From: Priapulus caudatus
Taxonomy: Eukaryota
Length of the DNA stretch: 52,123 nt
Assembly: GCF_000485595.1 (NCBI RefSeq)
Contig: NW_014577089.1
Location: 801,283-853,405, forward strand
Reading direction: 5' to 3'
This document shows, in pieces, positions 14,201 through 24,930 of the stretch. The position numbers were made by a program, and so were the translations under genes. The notes under the pieces are model-generated. The model did no database searches. It saw only the letters and a program-made list of their open reading frames with translations, and was not told the DNA's origin. Numbering within the stretch: position 1 is the first letter of the stretch; each line of letters begins with the position of its first letter.

Positions 14201-17200
14201 GCGGCTAGCCCAACTGCTAACCGATGACCGACCGGCGTGTATAGCTTACTCATGCAGGAATAACACAGCTTCCTTGTCTGTCGATGTGCAGATTACGTTT
14301 TTCGTGTCTGGTGAGAATCCGTGTAACGTGATGGACGGCGAGGAGGGCATTCTGTTCGTGCACAAGCCCGACGGCCGCGCGACGGGCGACGCGTTCGTGC
14401 TGTTCGCGAACGAAGAGGACGTCGGCAGGGCGCTGAAGAAACACCGAGAAATCATCGGCTCCCGATACATCGAGCTGTTCCGTAGTACGACGGCTGAGGT
14501 TCAGCAGGTAATTGTATAAAGTATAGTAAACGTATAAGGTATATATTTAGGCTGGGTGCGTGGTAGGGCGGGTGCGTGTTAGGGCGGGTATGTGGTAGGG
14601 CGGGTGCGTGGTAGGGCGGGTACGTGGTAGGGTGGGTACGTGGCAGGGTGGGTGTGTGGTAGGGTGGGTGCGTGGTAGGCTGGGTGCGTGGTAGGGCGAG
14701 TACGTGTTAAGGAGAGTGCGTGGCAGGGTGGGTGTGTGGTAGGGTGGGTGCGTGGTAGGGTGGGTGCGTGGTAGGGTGGGTGCGCGGTAGGGTGGGTGCG
14801 TGGTAGGCTGGGTGCGCGGCAGGGTGGGTGCGTGGTAGAGCGCCAGGCAGGCAAGCAGGCAGGCAGGGAGACAGACAGACAGACAGATAGGCAGACAGAC
14901 AGACAGTCAGTCAGTCAGACAGACAGCCAGACTCAGACAAAACACAAACGGGCTTAACACTTATTTGTCCACGTTCACCTATTATCTCTCAAGCGCGCAC
15001 ACTATAGGGAGTAGGAACCTGTTGCTTAGTACTCAGTTGTTTTCATTAAGGAGAAGGTTCGATTACATGTATTTAGACCCTCGCCCAGCAGCACTACCGC
15101 AAGCTGTCGCCTAGAAACTATTCTTGGCAGGACTTATATACTTATATTACTATACGTGACAAATGCATTTCCCGTTGTTGTGTGAGCGGGGCGTTTATTT
15201 AGTATTCTCTGTGTTAAGAGCGGAGACGCATTTGATAATCGAAGTGTCATATCGCCATGGAGATGGTAAGCAGGGGTCTCGTTGTCAGAAGCACTATAAA
15301 TAGTTATGACTAACTAAAGTCTAAAATGACATAACTTTTGCATGGCTCGTCAGTTAAAAAGTTACAACATTTTAGACTCATGGCGTTTTAACTACTTATG
15401 CTGTTTCTGATGATACTAGAATAAATAAATAATATTAAGTATATACATCAAAGTCTTGGTTGTGATCCTGGTACGTAATACATTAAAGATGAATGGCTGT
15501 ATCAACGAACTCAACTGAAATACGTTTATCATGACGCAATACTTGCTTTGTAGGTTCTGAACCGAACGATGGACCCAAAGACATATGAACAACAGGCTCC
15601 TCTGATCACCAACGTCCCACAGGTGCCATTAATGCCGCAGCACATCATTACAAGTGGATCTCGCAAGGACTGCATCCGTCTCAGAGGGCTTCCCTTCGAG
15701 GCTCGAGTCGAGAATATTCTAGAGTTTCTCGGGGAGCACGCGAAGAGTATTGTGTATCAGGGTGTACACATGGTCTTCAATGCACAGGTCAGTTTCACAC
15801 TCGAGACCGTATATCGGTTTCTAATTGAGACACCGTGACCTATAATCACTAGATAAAGAATTTCAGCGTCTTGACGGCATTGCGCTTACATGCAAGAGTT
15901 TCGTTTCAGTTCTAGTTCAATAACTGGGTCTTTGTCATACTGAAGATTCTGTCAGATAGGATGATCGAGAGTGCAAGCAAAAGATGGGAGAAAATTCGGG
16001 ATAAATTATTATTGCTTATTTACGCATGGATATATCCAAACGTATGCATGTAACACTGCGGGGGAGTTACTAGCCCTTTTAGCCGGGGGGAGGGGGCAAG
16101 ATGTTCTGGTCAGGTGATCGTGGGAAGTTCGTCATTGATCATGTAACAATATCTACAGTTCTCTAGGGTGTGAGCATGCAATCGCACCACTTGCCCTCAC
16201 CCCGTTAACTACGGCCCTGCACTGTTAAATCTTACTGCCCCCCCCCAACATTCAGCTAAACTGGGCCCTATAGTAATATCTCGTGATTCTTCAGGGTCAG
16301 CCATCTGGCGAAGCGTTCATCCAGATGAGCTCCGAGCATGCGGCGTTCATGGGCGCTGCCGAGCGCCACCACAAGAACATGTACATCGGCAAGAAGCAGC
16401 GCTACATTGAGGTGTTCCAGTGCTCCGGAGACGACATGAACGTGGTTCTACAGGGTGGGCCCGTACTCGTTAATCGCGCTGGTCTAATGTCTCCTGGTAT
16501 GCACTGCACACGTACTAAAAACTAAAACGCAGTAGTTAAGATCCGCCGCGAATTTCTCCTTCCTTCTTCCGTCACATTCTTCTACGACTCACAAAAAGAT
16601 TGTAAGGCATCGCCTCTTTTACCACCGTTTCTGCGGCACTGCTGTGTCCCTCACCCCTGCTATGCCTTTTCACTTTAACCACTGACTAAAAACAAGCGTC
16701 ATAACCATCTTTATCTATAGCAAGTCTGATAGGCCCGGCTTGCCCGCACGCAAGTTTGTTTCGACTCTGACATCGTAACTACATGTCACGTACTTCTGCA
16801 CATATGATAAAATGGCCGTACTCGCAGTGAACTTAATTTGAACAATTCCTTCAGTATTATTTTATAAACTTATGCATTTATGTAATACATTAATGTGTTT
16901 CATAACGAACGATAACCGTGTATGAAAGACAAGTCTATCATAGATTGCATCTTTAATGATTAGTAACAGTAGACATACGTTCACTACTAGTTCTAAATCT
17001 TTATGTATCTTTCGATTGCACTTGGTTTGTTAGTGTATCATCGAACTTCTCGTGGCGTTTTCTTAATTCCTATGTAGATAATAAGACGTATTTCGTTTTT
17101 ATTTCAGGAAACACACTGATGCCTCAGCCATACACATATCCCTATGCTGCTATCCCACAATCGCCAGGAATTATCCCCATGCATTCGCCATTAAGCCCCC

Positions 17201-18519
17201 TCAGTCCGGCAGGTCGAGCTCCCGCGTACATTTCCCCAGTCTACTATTGGCCATATCCCAGTCCTTATCCGAGTCCACCCGTCTCGCCTACCAGCTATTA
17301 CCAGCACAACGGTCCGACCGTGATCGTGATGAGGGGCCTGCCGTTTAACGCCTCGACGGCAGACATTCTAAATTTCTTCCAAGGGTTCCCCGAGGTAAGA
17401 ATCCGCTCATAATTATGCCGTAGGACGAAGAGTTGTTCACTGACCAGTATTGCAACGCGGTCAGCCCGGGAAGCGGTAGTCATCGAAGCTGCAACCAGTG
17501 AAGCTAGTAGCTATATAGTCCCTGAAATCCTTACTCAGTGAAAGGATAGTCAATGAAGTCACAGTAAGTGACGCCTTAGTGCAGCCATTCATTAAACACC
17601 CGGGGCCCGTTGTCAGAAACAAAATTAGTCTTAACATTAGTCTTAACATTAGCAATTTCTCTTAGACCGTCGACATCGCTTTGTTTCGTATTGTTATGAG
17701 GAAATCTGCTACGATTTTTCATTCTCGTAACTTGGCAGCGTTTCTGTCAACGGTCTAAGAGAAAAAGTTAATGTTAAGACTAATTTTAAGACCAATTTTA
17801 TTTCTGACAACGGGCCCTTAGCTATTATTATACGCCTTTAATGCACATCGCGATTTAAGAAAACCCGAACAAAAGGACGTGCTGTTACCGTACGCGTTGT
17901 TACCGTCTGTCTATCAGTCGACTGATCGGATTACTAAGGATTATTAATGATGCCATGAGCTTCATTTTCCACTCCGCCTACTATCGATGTTTCTAAACAG
18001 TGTGGATCGATGGATGACTCGAAGGACTGGTTCCCCGTAGTGTGTTATATAGTGGGAAAGCAACCTTGGACTAACAATATCCGTCATGGGGCTATTAAAC
18101 AATTCGTTAGGCATTCGTTCAAAAATAGTCAGCGCTATGATAGCACTCAGCTACTCGTTTCGACTCTTGACTATTTTCGTAACGCGATTTACTATATACC
18201 TTCATCGAAGGGTGAGAAACCGAAAGGGGTCACGAAAAAGCCCGGTTGTGAAAGCCATGTTCAGAACCCACAAAAAACGCGTGTATGGTAGCGGCACCTA
18301 TTCCTTAGCAAACGAATCTCGCTAGTAAGTATTAATCTAACGGTGATATCCTGCGGACAGGTACAGCCGGACAGCGTGCAACTGCATCGCAACGCTGACG
18401 GTAGACCGAGCGGGGACGCCTACGTGACCTTCCTGTCGAGAACCGAGGCCGAGCGCTCTATCCAGGAGAAAAACCGCCAGAACATCGGTAACCGGTACAT
18501 CGAGCTCTTCATGGCGTAG
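1390..18519 (+). CDS. ESRP: Epithelial splicing regulatory protein (ESRP1/2, fusilli, sym-2 orthologue), 5'-partial; join(1390-1612,7498-7587,9471-9525,12675-12785,13295-13470,13886-13980,14292-14507,15554-15787,16295-16496,17108-17394,18361-18519)
   Basis: Exons join in frame (1848 nt, 615 aa + TAG) with consistent phases and GT..AG ends. Recognisable ESRP peptides: [118 protein letters not shown]. Confidence 0.96.
2431..2800. mobile_element. MITE with ~60-70 bp TIRs (CAAGAGCGTA...TACGCTCTTG), possibly P-superfamily
   Basis: Ends are near-perfect reverse complements; flanks ATACAAC/ATACAAT (6/7-bp TSD). Confidence 0.85.
5777..6070. repeat. 19-bp minisatellite (ATGCAACCTTATGTTCACC), about 15 copies, with a 57-bp higher-order period
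   Basis: Units read directly; explains the three overlapping spurious ORFs. Confidence 0.92.
7348..7425. repeat. (GAT)n-(AAT)n microsatellite
   Basis: Direct. Confidence 0.95.
7498..7587 (+). CDS. ESRP: ESRP exon (Y)[29 protein letters not shown]
   Basis: Preceded by CCTTAAC branch site and CAG; phase 1/1; donor GTAAGA at 7588; resembles vertebrate 'YGASQVEDMGNIILAMI'. Confidence 0.88.
9471..9525 (+). CDS. ESRP: ESRP exon (G)[17 protein letters not shown]
   Basis: ttttgcag acceptor, GTGAGA donor; resembles vertebrate HRFSDPERVNYKFESG. Confidence 0.88.
11146..11208. repeat. (TGCG)n microsatellite
   Basis: Direct. Confidence 0.95.
12675..12785 (+). CDS. ESRP: ESRP exon, qRRM1 N-half ([36 protein letters not shown])
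   Basis: gtag acceptor, GTGAGT donor; diagnostic [15 protein letters not shown]. Confidence 0.95.
13295..13470 (+). CDS. ESRP: ESRP exon, qRRM1 C-half ([21 protein letters not shown]...[10 protein letters not shown])
   Basis: Within ORF 13248-13484; gcag acceptor, GTGAGT donor. Confidence 0.95.
13886..13980 (+). CDS. ESRP: ESRP exon, qRRM2 start ([12 protein letters not shown])
   Basis: Within ORF 13876-14187; tacag acceptor, GTAAGT donor. Confidence 0.95.
14292..14507 (+). CDS. ESRP: ESRP exon, qRRM2 body ([21 protein letters not shown]...[15 protein letters not shown])
   Basis: Within ORF 14178-14519; gcag acceptor, GTAATT donor. Confidence 0.95.
14550..14840 (+). repeat. 16-bp G-rich minisatellite (GTGGTAGGGTGGGTGC), about 18 copies, followed by (CAGG)n/(CAGA)n
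   Basis: Units read directly. Confidence 0.92.
15554..15787 (+). CDS. ESRP: ESRP exon, linker + qRRM3 N-half (VLNR...[11 protein letters not shown]...GVHMVFNAQ)
   Basis: Overlaps ORF 15569-15838; ttgtag acceptor, GTCAGT donor. Confidence 0.95.
16059..16219. mobile_element. Degenerate hAT-like MITE remnant
   Basis: Right end ACTACGGCCCTG; G-rich left end and C-rich right end; left TIR decayed. Confidence 0.35.
16295..16496 (+). CDS. ESRP: ESRP exon, qRRM3 C-half ([11 protein letters not shown]...[14 protein letters not shown]...MSP)
   Basis: Within ORF 16283-16525; ttcag acceptor, GTATGC donor. Confidence 0.93.
17108..17394 (+). CDS. ESRP: ESRP exon, Pro/Tyr/Ser-rich linker (YPSPPVSP) + qRRM4 start ([18 protein letters not shown])
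   Basis: Overlaps ORF 17119-17412; tttcag acceptor, GTAAGA donor; YPSPPVSP resembles vertebrate YYPSPPGSP. Confidence 0.92.
17603..17817. mobile_element. Fold-back MITE (TIR GGGCCCGTTGTCAGAAA), PIF/Harbinger-like, in the last ESRP intron
   Basis: About 70-bp imperfect inverted repeats; TSD not resolved. Confidence 0.8.
18361..18519 (+). CDS. ESRP: ESRP terminal coding exon, qRRM4 C-half ([12 protein letters not shown]...[11 protein letters not shown])
   Basis: gacag acceptor at 18360, phase 0; typical qRRM motifs; TAG at 18517-18519. Confidence 0.9.
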   Translation, partial: VQPDSVQLHRNADGRPSGDAYVTFLSRTEAERSIQEKNRQNIGNRYIELFMA

Positions 18520-21500
18520 ATCGCCACGCCACGTACGGGACCGCCTGCAAGGAGCAAGGGTTTAACTAGAGTCTAACAAGATTTAACGTCTAACTAGATC
18601 TAACTAGATTTAACGTCACGTGAGGCGACGTGAAGTTAGTGCTCGTACGGCTTGTTTTGGGTGCGCGAGGCATCGAAAGATGCGCTAGGTGCCACGTGTA
18701 GACGTGCTCATCGCGCAGGCGTGTTAATCGTGTTTACAGTATACGATTTCTCGCTATAATAACGGAATGTATTCCAACGCCAGGCATGAGCAGATGTCGC
18801 GGTGAGACGTTGAATATTCAGGCTCGACGAAATTGCGTGTCGTTGTCACGCGTGTGCACAGCTGCGCATACAGGCCGTGAATCATGGTATAATATTTGGC
18901 TAAATATATAATACATATATTTACATGAATATATATATATATATTAGTAGCTGGTAGGTCTAAGGTATCTTAAGGTACACTTTTAGGTGTTCGGTTTTGA
19001 CATAGTTAGGCACGGTAATGCTATAGTTACGTGTTTTGTTGCTTTGTTTTTTTCTCTCGCTTCAGCTATTTCTCTTTCGCCCTATGCAATTTTACTTGTC
19101 TGTTTCTCGAGCTTTCCTTTTCTCACGGTAATCGGTAGACATGTGGTGTCAAGTGTTACACGGGTGGTGACAGTAGGTGGCGTTTTTGTAGCGGTACAGT
19201 TGGCAAGGTTGCGGTTGGCAGTATTTCTATCACACTGGGTTGGGGTTCAGGTTTTAAGCAGGTCGAGTACATTAGGTACGCTCGTCATATGACGATGTAA
19301 GATCTACACGAAGTGCAAAATGTCGTGTGCTCAGCCGGCAGCGCTCCAAAGTGCGGAGAAGTAAGATATGTGGCGCCCCCTCGCGCCCTAACCACGTCTC
19401 ACGGAATGTCTGCCGGTCAACAGCAATATTGAACCTAGTCCGAAAATAAACCGTCGATATGTCATCAATGCTTTCATCACAGCTAAAAGTGATACTTAAA
19501 ACACAATTCCGTTTCCGTTCCTGCCACTTTAATCATACAAATTCATTTAAAATTTTTTGTCCTTCACACGAGTCGGTTTAATAACTTGATCTCTTCTATA
19601 CATTTTCATGAATATACATATCTCAATTGGTGCAAGGACCTACGAAATTTGGATAAAGGTTCGTTAGAAATTCGTGGCTTGTGCAACGGAAGTAATTCAG
19701 TGTAATGTTCTAGTCTTAACTGGCAAAACGTTGGCCTCCGTCAAGTTAAAATCTAAAATCTATACATTGTGATGTTTTCTGAACACCGTCGCTATCGTCA
19801 AACCATCATATTATAGTAAATATCCTGCAGCATGCATGAATGCTTCAAATGTTCTCGGCTCTATCGGGTTCCAGATGCTGCGCCTACAATTCACAATAGT
19901 CGACCGTTTTCAACAGCTTGGCAATGTAATAGTTGCAACTGCCATGCCCGAGATGAGAGGCGGTACGTGTGGACTTACTATCCCGCGCGCGTCCGCATCC
20001 TAGAGTGTATAGTTGTGTAAGATTCTAATCGATTGCATAATATCATGTTATTCGCTTCATCACATTTCTATTAGATTTTAAATGACAGTCACATAGCTCG
20101 ATTCGAGCTCTTCACTTTCTTCTCCCACACATCGGATCTACGTAAAGCATGTACAGAAACGTCCTCTTACGAAATGTAACGGGAATGGCACATGTGCGAA
20201 GCGTAAGTGAAATCGCTCTATAGCGCAACATCTCTATAGGTGGCTGTGTTTCTCCTTGACATACAAATTTTCTGTTCGTGCATGGTATACGCTACCACAT
20301 AATTATACGGGGTCTGCGTACATCAATTACCCACGTGTACTTGTGCCTCTACTGTTTCTGTAATTTTGATCACAATTGATCCATAACGAATCAACAGGAG
20401 TTTCGGCGACTGATTGAATTCAGTATAAGCATGTGGAAACGTAGTGCGCATCCGACTAAACCAGAAACGGTTTATATCGAGTAACGACGTCGCTGCTTAC
20501 AGAACAGTTTGAGTAACGATATTGCACCCTATTCTAGGCGATTCGCGCTGGTTAGAAGTAATTCGAATCCAGCTATTACCATGTGTGTTTCACATCGCTA
20601 ATGTCGTGCGCTGCTATGCACACCTTTAGTAAGTACCGACACACAGCGTTGTCACCGTGCCTCGCATGTTAGAAACTCAGCGTTCAGCACGACGTGATCA
20701 CGCCGTCGTCAGTTGGTAGAGCCAGCGAACGTTAACGGAATAGGGTGCATACCATATTCGACATCTGTTTAATTTACGCAAAGTTCTGTTTTTCTCATCA
20801 CATGTCCGTTATGTATATGTAGTTAGCATGTTTATTGTATAACACCGTATTTTACCTAAATTTATTTTAACCCCTTATATTGACAGACTTTTGTCTTTTA
20901 ATGTGTTTGTCCGTTTATTCGTTGTATATATATTATATTAGAATTGAATGTGTAATTTTATTGCGAGTGTAGTAGGATCACGAGTGTTGCACGTGTGTGT
21001 GTGCATGTTTGGGTCGTTGTAGATGTGTATGCCACGTTTGTGTTAGACAGTGTACACGGATTATTGCCCTGTTACTACACACGAAGTATATTATTAAGTT
21101 TTTAAGGAATTTTAGTTGAACAGCTTATGCGAGAATAATGCGAAAAAACAGCGCAACAAATCAAGCTGTCTTCCACAATATATATTTATATATATTATAA
21201 ATATACATTATACGTAAAATGTGACGTCACGTACGATTGTGTACGGGTAACCGCGTCCAGTGCGACTATACAGGGTGACGATGCGTACGCCTTGCGTACC
21301 AGCGTCAAATGTAGTGGATATAAAAGTTGTCATCTTTAGCCTCACGTGCCTTACCTATACGTGACACAGTTGAGTTGCGAAGGGTTGCTGTGTAGGCGCG
21401 TCCGTACTGCATGTAGATCTATTGATATCAGTTGTAGAATTGTGCGCCCCTGTTACATTCCGTCTCAATAAGTTCTAACAAGTGCCTTTGATCGTTGTTG

Positions 21501-22600
21501 TGTTCATAAGTCATAGGGTACTTCATCTGTTAGAACGTCGCGTACATGCCTTAATTGTCAAGATTTTCGCTCAACGCCCTTAGTGCTTATCAGATGCTTG
21601 CACGTATAGCTCTACCTCTGTGACCTTTCGCTTCGCCACACATGCGAGAGAGAAGCGCTATGCGGGTAGAGCTAGTCTGCATGAGGCATCTGTCTTCCTA
21701 GCGATGGCTTCTTATTAGTATTGTAAGATTAATTGATATTGTGATGACGTAACGTGTGAACAGACCGTTCGATGTAGTATCGCAGTCAATGTAACGAGCG
21801 GTGCGCGCCCCGTAAGCGCTTCCGGCGCAGCTTGTGTTTAGCTATATCAGTCTTAGATCATCTCCTTAAGTCACGTGCAATAATGTGTTGTTTTCTTTGG
21901 CCATTGATTGCGCAATAGTCAGTACTTTCGAGATTTTGTAGCAGTCACGGTCGTGTGCCGTGTCCGCCGCCGCGAGGAAGGCTATCATAGCCGGGAAATG
22001 TCATCCGATGGAGAGTGTGATCGAGTGACGAGACAGAGAGATCATGTATACTACAATACTCGGTCGCGCTGTTTCTGCTGCGGAACATTTTCTAGTTACT
22101 AATGTCATCTTGTTCGTAAACGTGACGATTCATTATAATGCAACTGAATTGCAAAACAGGCGCACATACACAGGGTATACGTTTTTTAGAATGTTTATTT
22201 AGTATTGAATTTGAATTGCTCTATATCTGTTTAGATTTGGCCATGTATTGCAGAAATACTGCATCCAGGCCGGCACAAGTGCCTTGGTATTCACTTTAAA
22301 GTGCCTTGTGATTTTTGAATGAATTTATGACGAAACGAGCACATATATGATATATAGTGTATATGTGTTACCGATGCATCGTTCAGCCATATATAATAAT
22401 GTGATTAATGCTGATAGATTATATTATGATTACATACTTTACTACAATAGCATGAGTCGAGATCGTACTCTAAACAAATAATGCCTGCTCCGCGCTGGCA
22501 AGTTGACAATATAACATAAAGTAGCAATCAAATAGAATGTATAACACCACTGCTTTTACTCAATAAAGTTACTGTAAATAAAATTCGTGTGTTCTTTTGT
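18520..22600 (+). other. Probable long ESRP 3'UTR
   Basis: No coding signal; paired AATAAA at 22562 and 22577 followed by a GU/U-rich element; a lone proximal AATAAA at 19445. Confidence 0.55.
22562..22600 (+). terminator. Candidate poly(A) signal of ESRP
   Basis: AATAAA twice, then TCGTGTGTTCTTTTGT downstream element. Confidence 0.55.
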
Positions 22601-24127
22601 CGCTTGCATCACAACTCGACTGGACCAGACAATGTATAGCAATACTGATAAACGTCACCTGGCTAAATATTCAAACCGAAATTGGGTACATTATTGGGTA
22701 TATACCACGACATATCTCTAATGACGTCATCAATCCGACATGGAAACGTATAATGAAACAAACTGATAAGATGTGCAGCATGATCGTTCACTTTCCATAA
22801 AACGAATTTCGATACTTTATTTTACATTGTTTTTTTTATCATTTAAGATATTTATCACACCCCTGGAGCTATCCTGCCTTATACTGATCCATACTGGTGC
22901 GCATGTGATGGGCAATCCTGCAGACTAGCAAAGGCACACGCAAAGAAACGCGAGCAACTAAGCCAAACACAAGTCCGCGTTCAGACATCTTTTAATATGC
23001 TATAGCGTGTCGCCATGTCAGATACAATATATCAAGAAATGATTATTGCTAATTCACGCATGCACGCACAGCGTAAACACATGCACGCACGCCCGCATGG
23101 CCGCACGACCGCACACGCGCACATACTCATGCACTCTTACACACACGAGTATGTATACGCGCACGGACATACATGTACACAAACACTCACACACAACATG
23201 TACACGACAAACACAGATAGCCCATATATTATTACCATTATAATAACATAATGATAGCCCATAATAATTGTAAGCCACATATATGATTCGTTATGGCTGA
23301 CAATGCACAATAGTAACCAAGCAACAGTACACGTCATATATATATATATATATATATTACATATTGTTGTCAGAGCCTTTGTTGCGTAACCCGTTATTAA
23401 TCCGCTAACCCTGACAGATAACCCTCATAAATTTATCGTGTTCATTGCAAAGCTCATGACAGTATTCAATTCTGTATAGGTATGTATCATCCTACGTAAG
23501 GAAGGGGTTCTTTCTCGTTGTCAATTTAGTTCTGCTTGTACGCTAGCAAAATTGTACTCGTTTAGTCAAGACAGATGGCGCGAGCGACTATCTATCTACA
23601 ATATCTACGCGTTTCTACTAGTTGCTAGCTGTTGTTCTATTTACACAATGGTGACATTACTCACATTAGTAAGCAAAACAAGAAGCCGCAAACTAGTTAC
23701 AGTTCACAACGACAATAAGAGACTATAACTATTAACACGTGGCAGATTTGATCAGTTAGAATGTTGCGTAAAGCGATTAATAACACGAACTTCGTATTCA
23801 GCAGGAATAACGATGTCGATCCCGGTTCATTCCATGCGCATGTCCAATTATGGGTTAAAGATCCGAAGTCCAGAGGAAGTCAAGCTCCAGCACAGAGAGA
23901 TGGTGGAGGTGCGACTACTAGCGAATACTTTCTTGGGGCTTATTTGACTGTATATTATATTTTTATAATATTGTTTGCTGCGGTGTTTCAAGTATTTAGC
24001 TTGAAATTTAATATATTTTTTTTGGCAATATGGTTTTCATTCCTGCTCTGTCACATCGTTATCTTCCGTAAGCTAAAATACACGCGCGCCGCAAATGCAC
24101 ACGTATATATACGTTACGTATACGAGG

Positions 24128-24930
<803 letters not shown>

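Noticed and set aside
16094..16105. GGCAAGATGTT resembling mature miR-31
   Set aside because: Only 11 nt match, the 3' half diverges, there is no clear hairpin, and it lies in a MITE remnant.
16497..16525. Intron-retained ESRP C-terminus (MHCTRTKN*) as an NLS isoform
   Set aside because: No evidence beyond read-through; I found no competing donor equivalent to the vertebrate CKLP switch.
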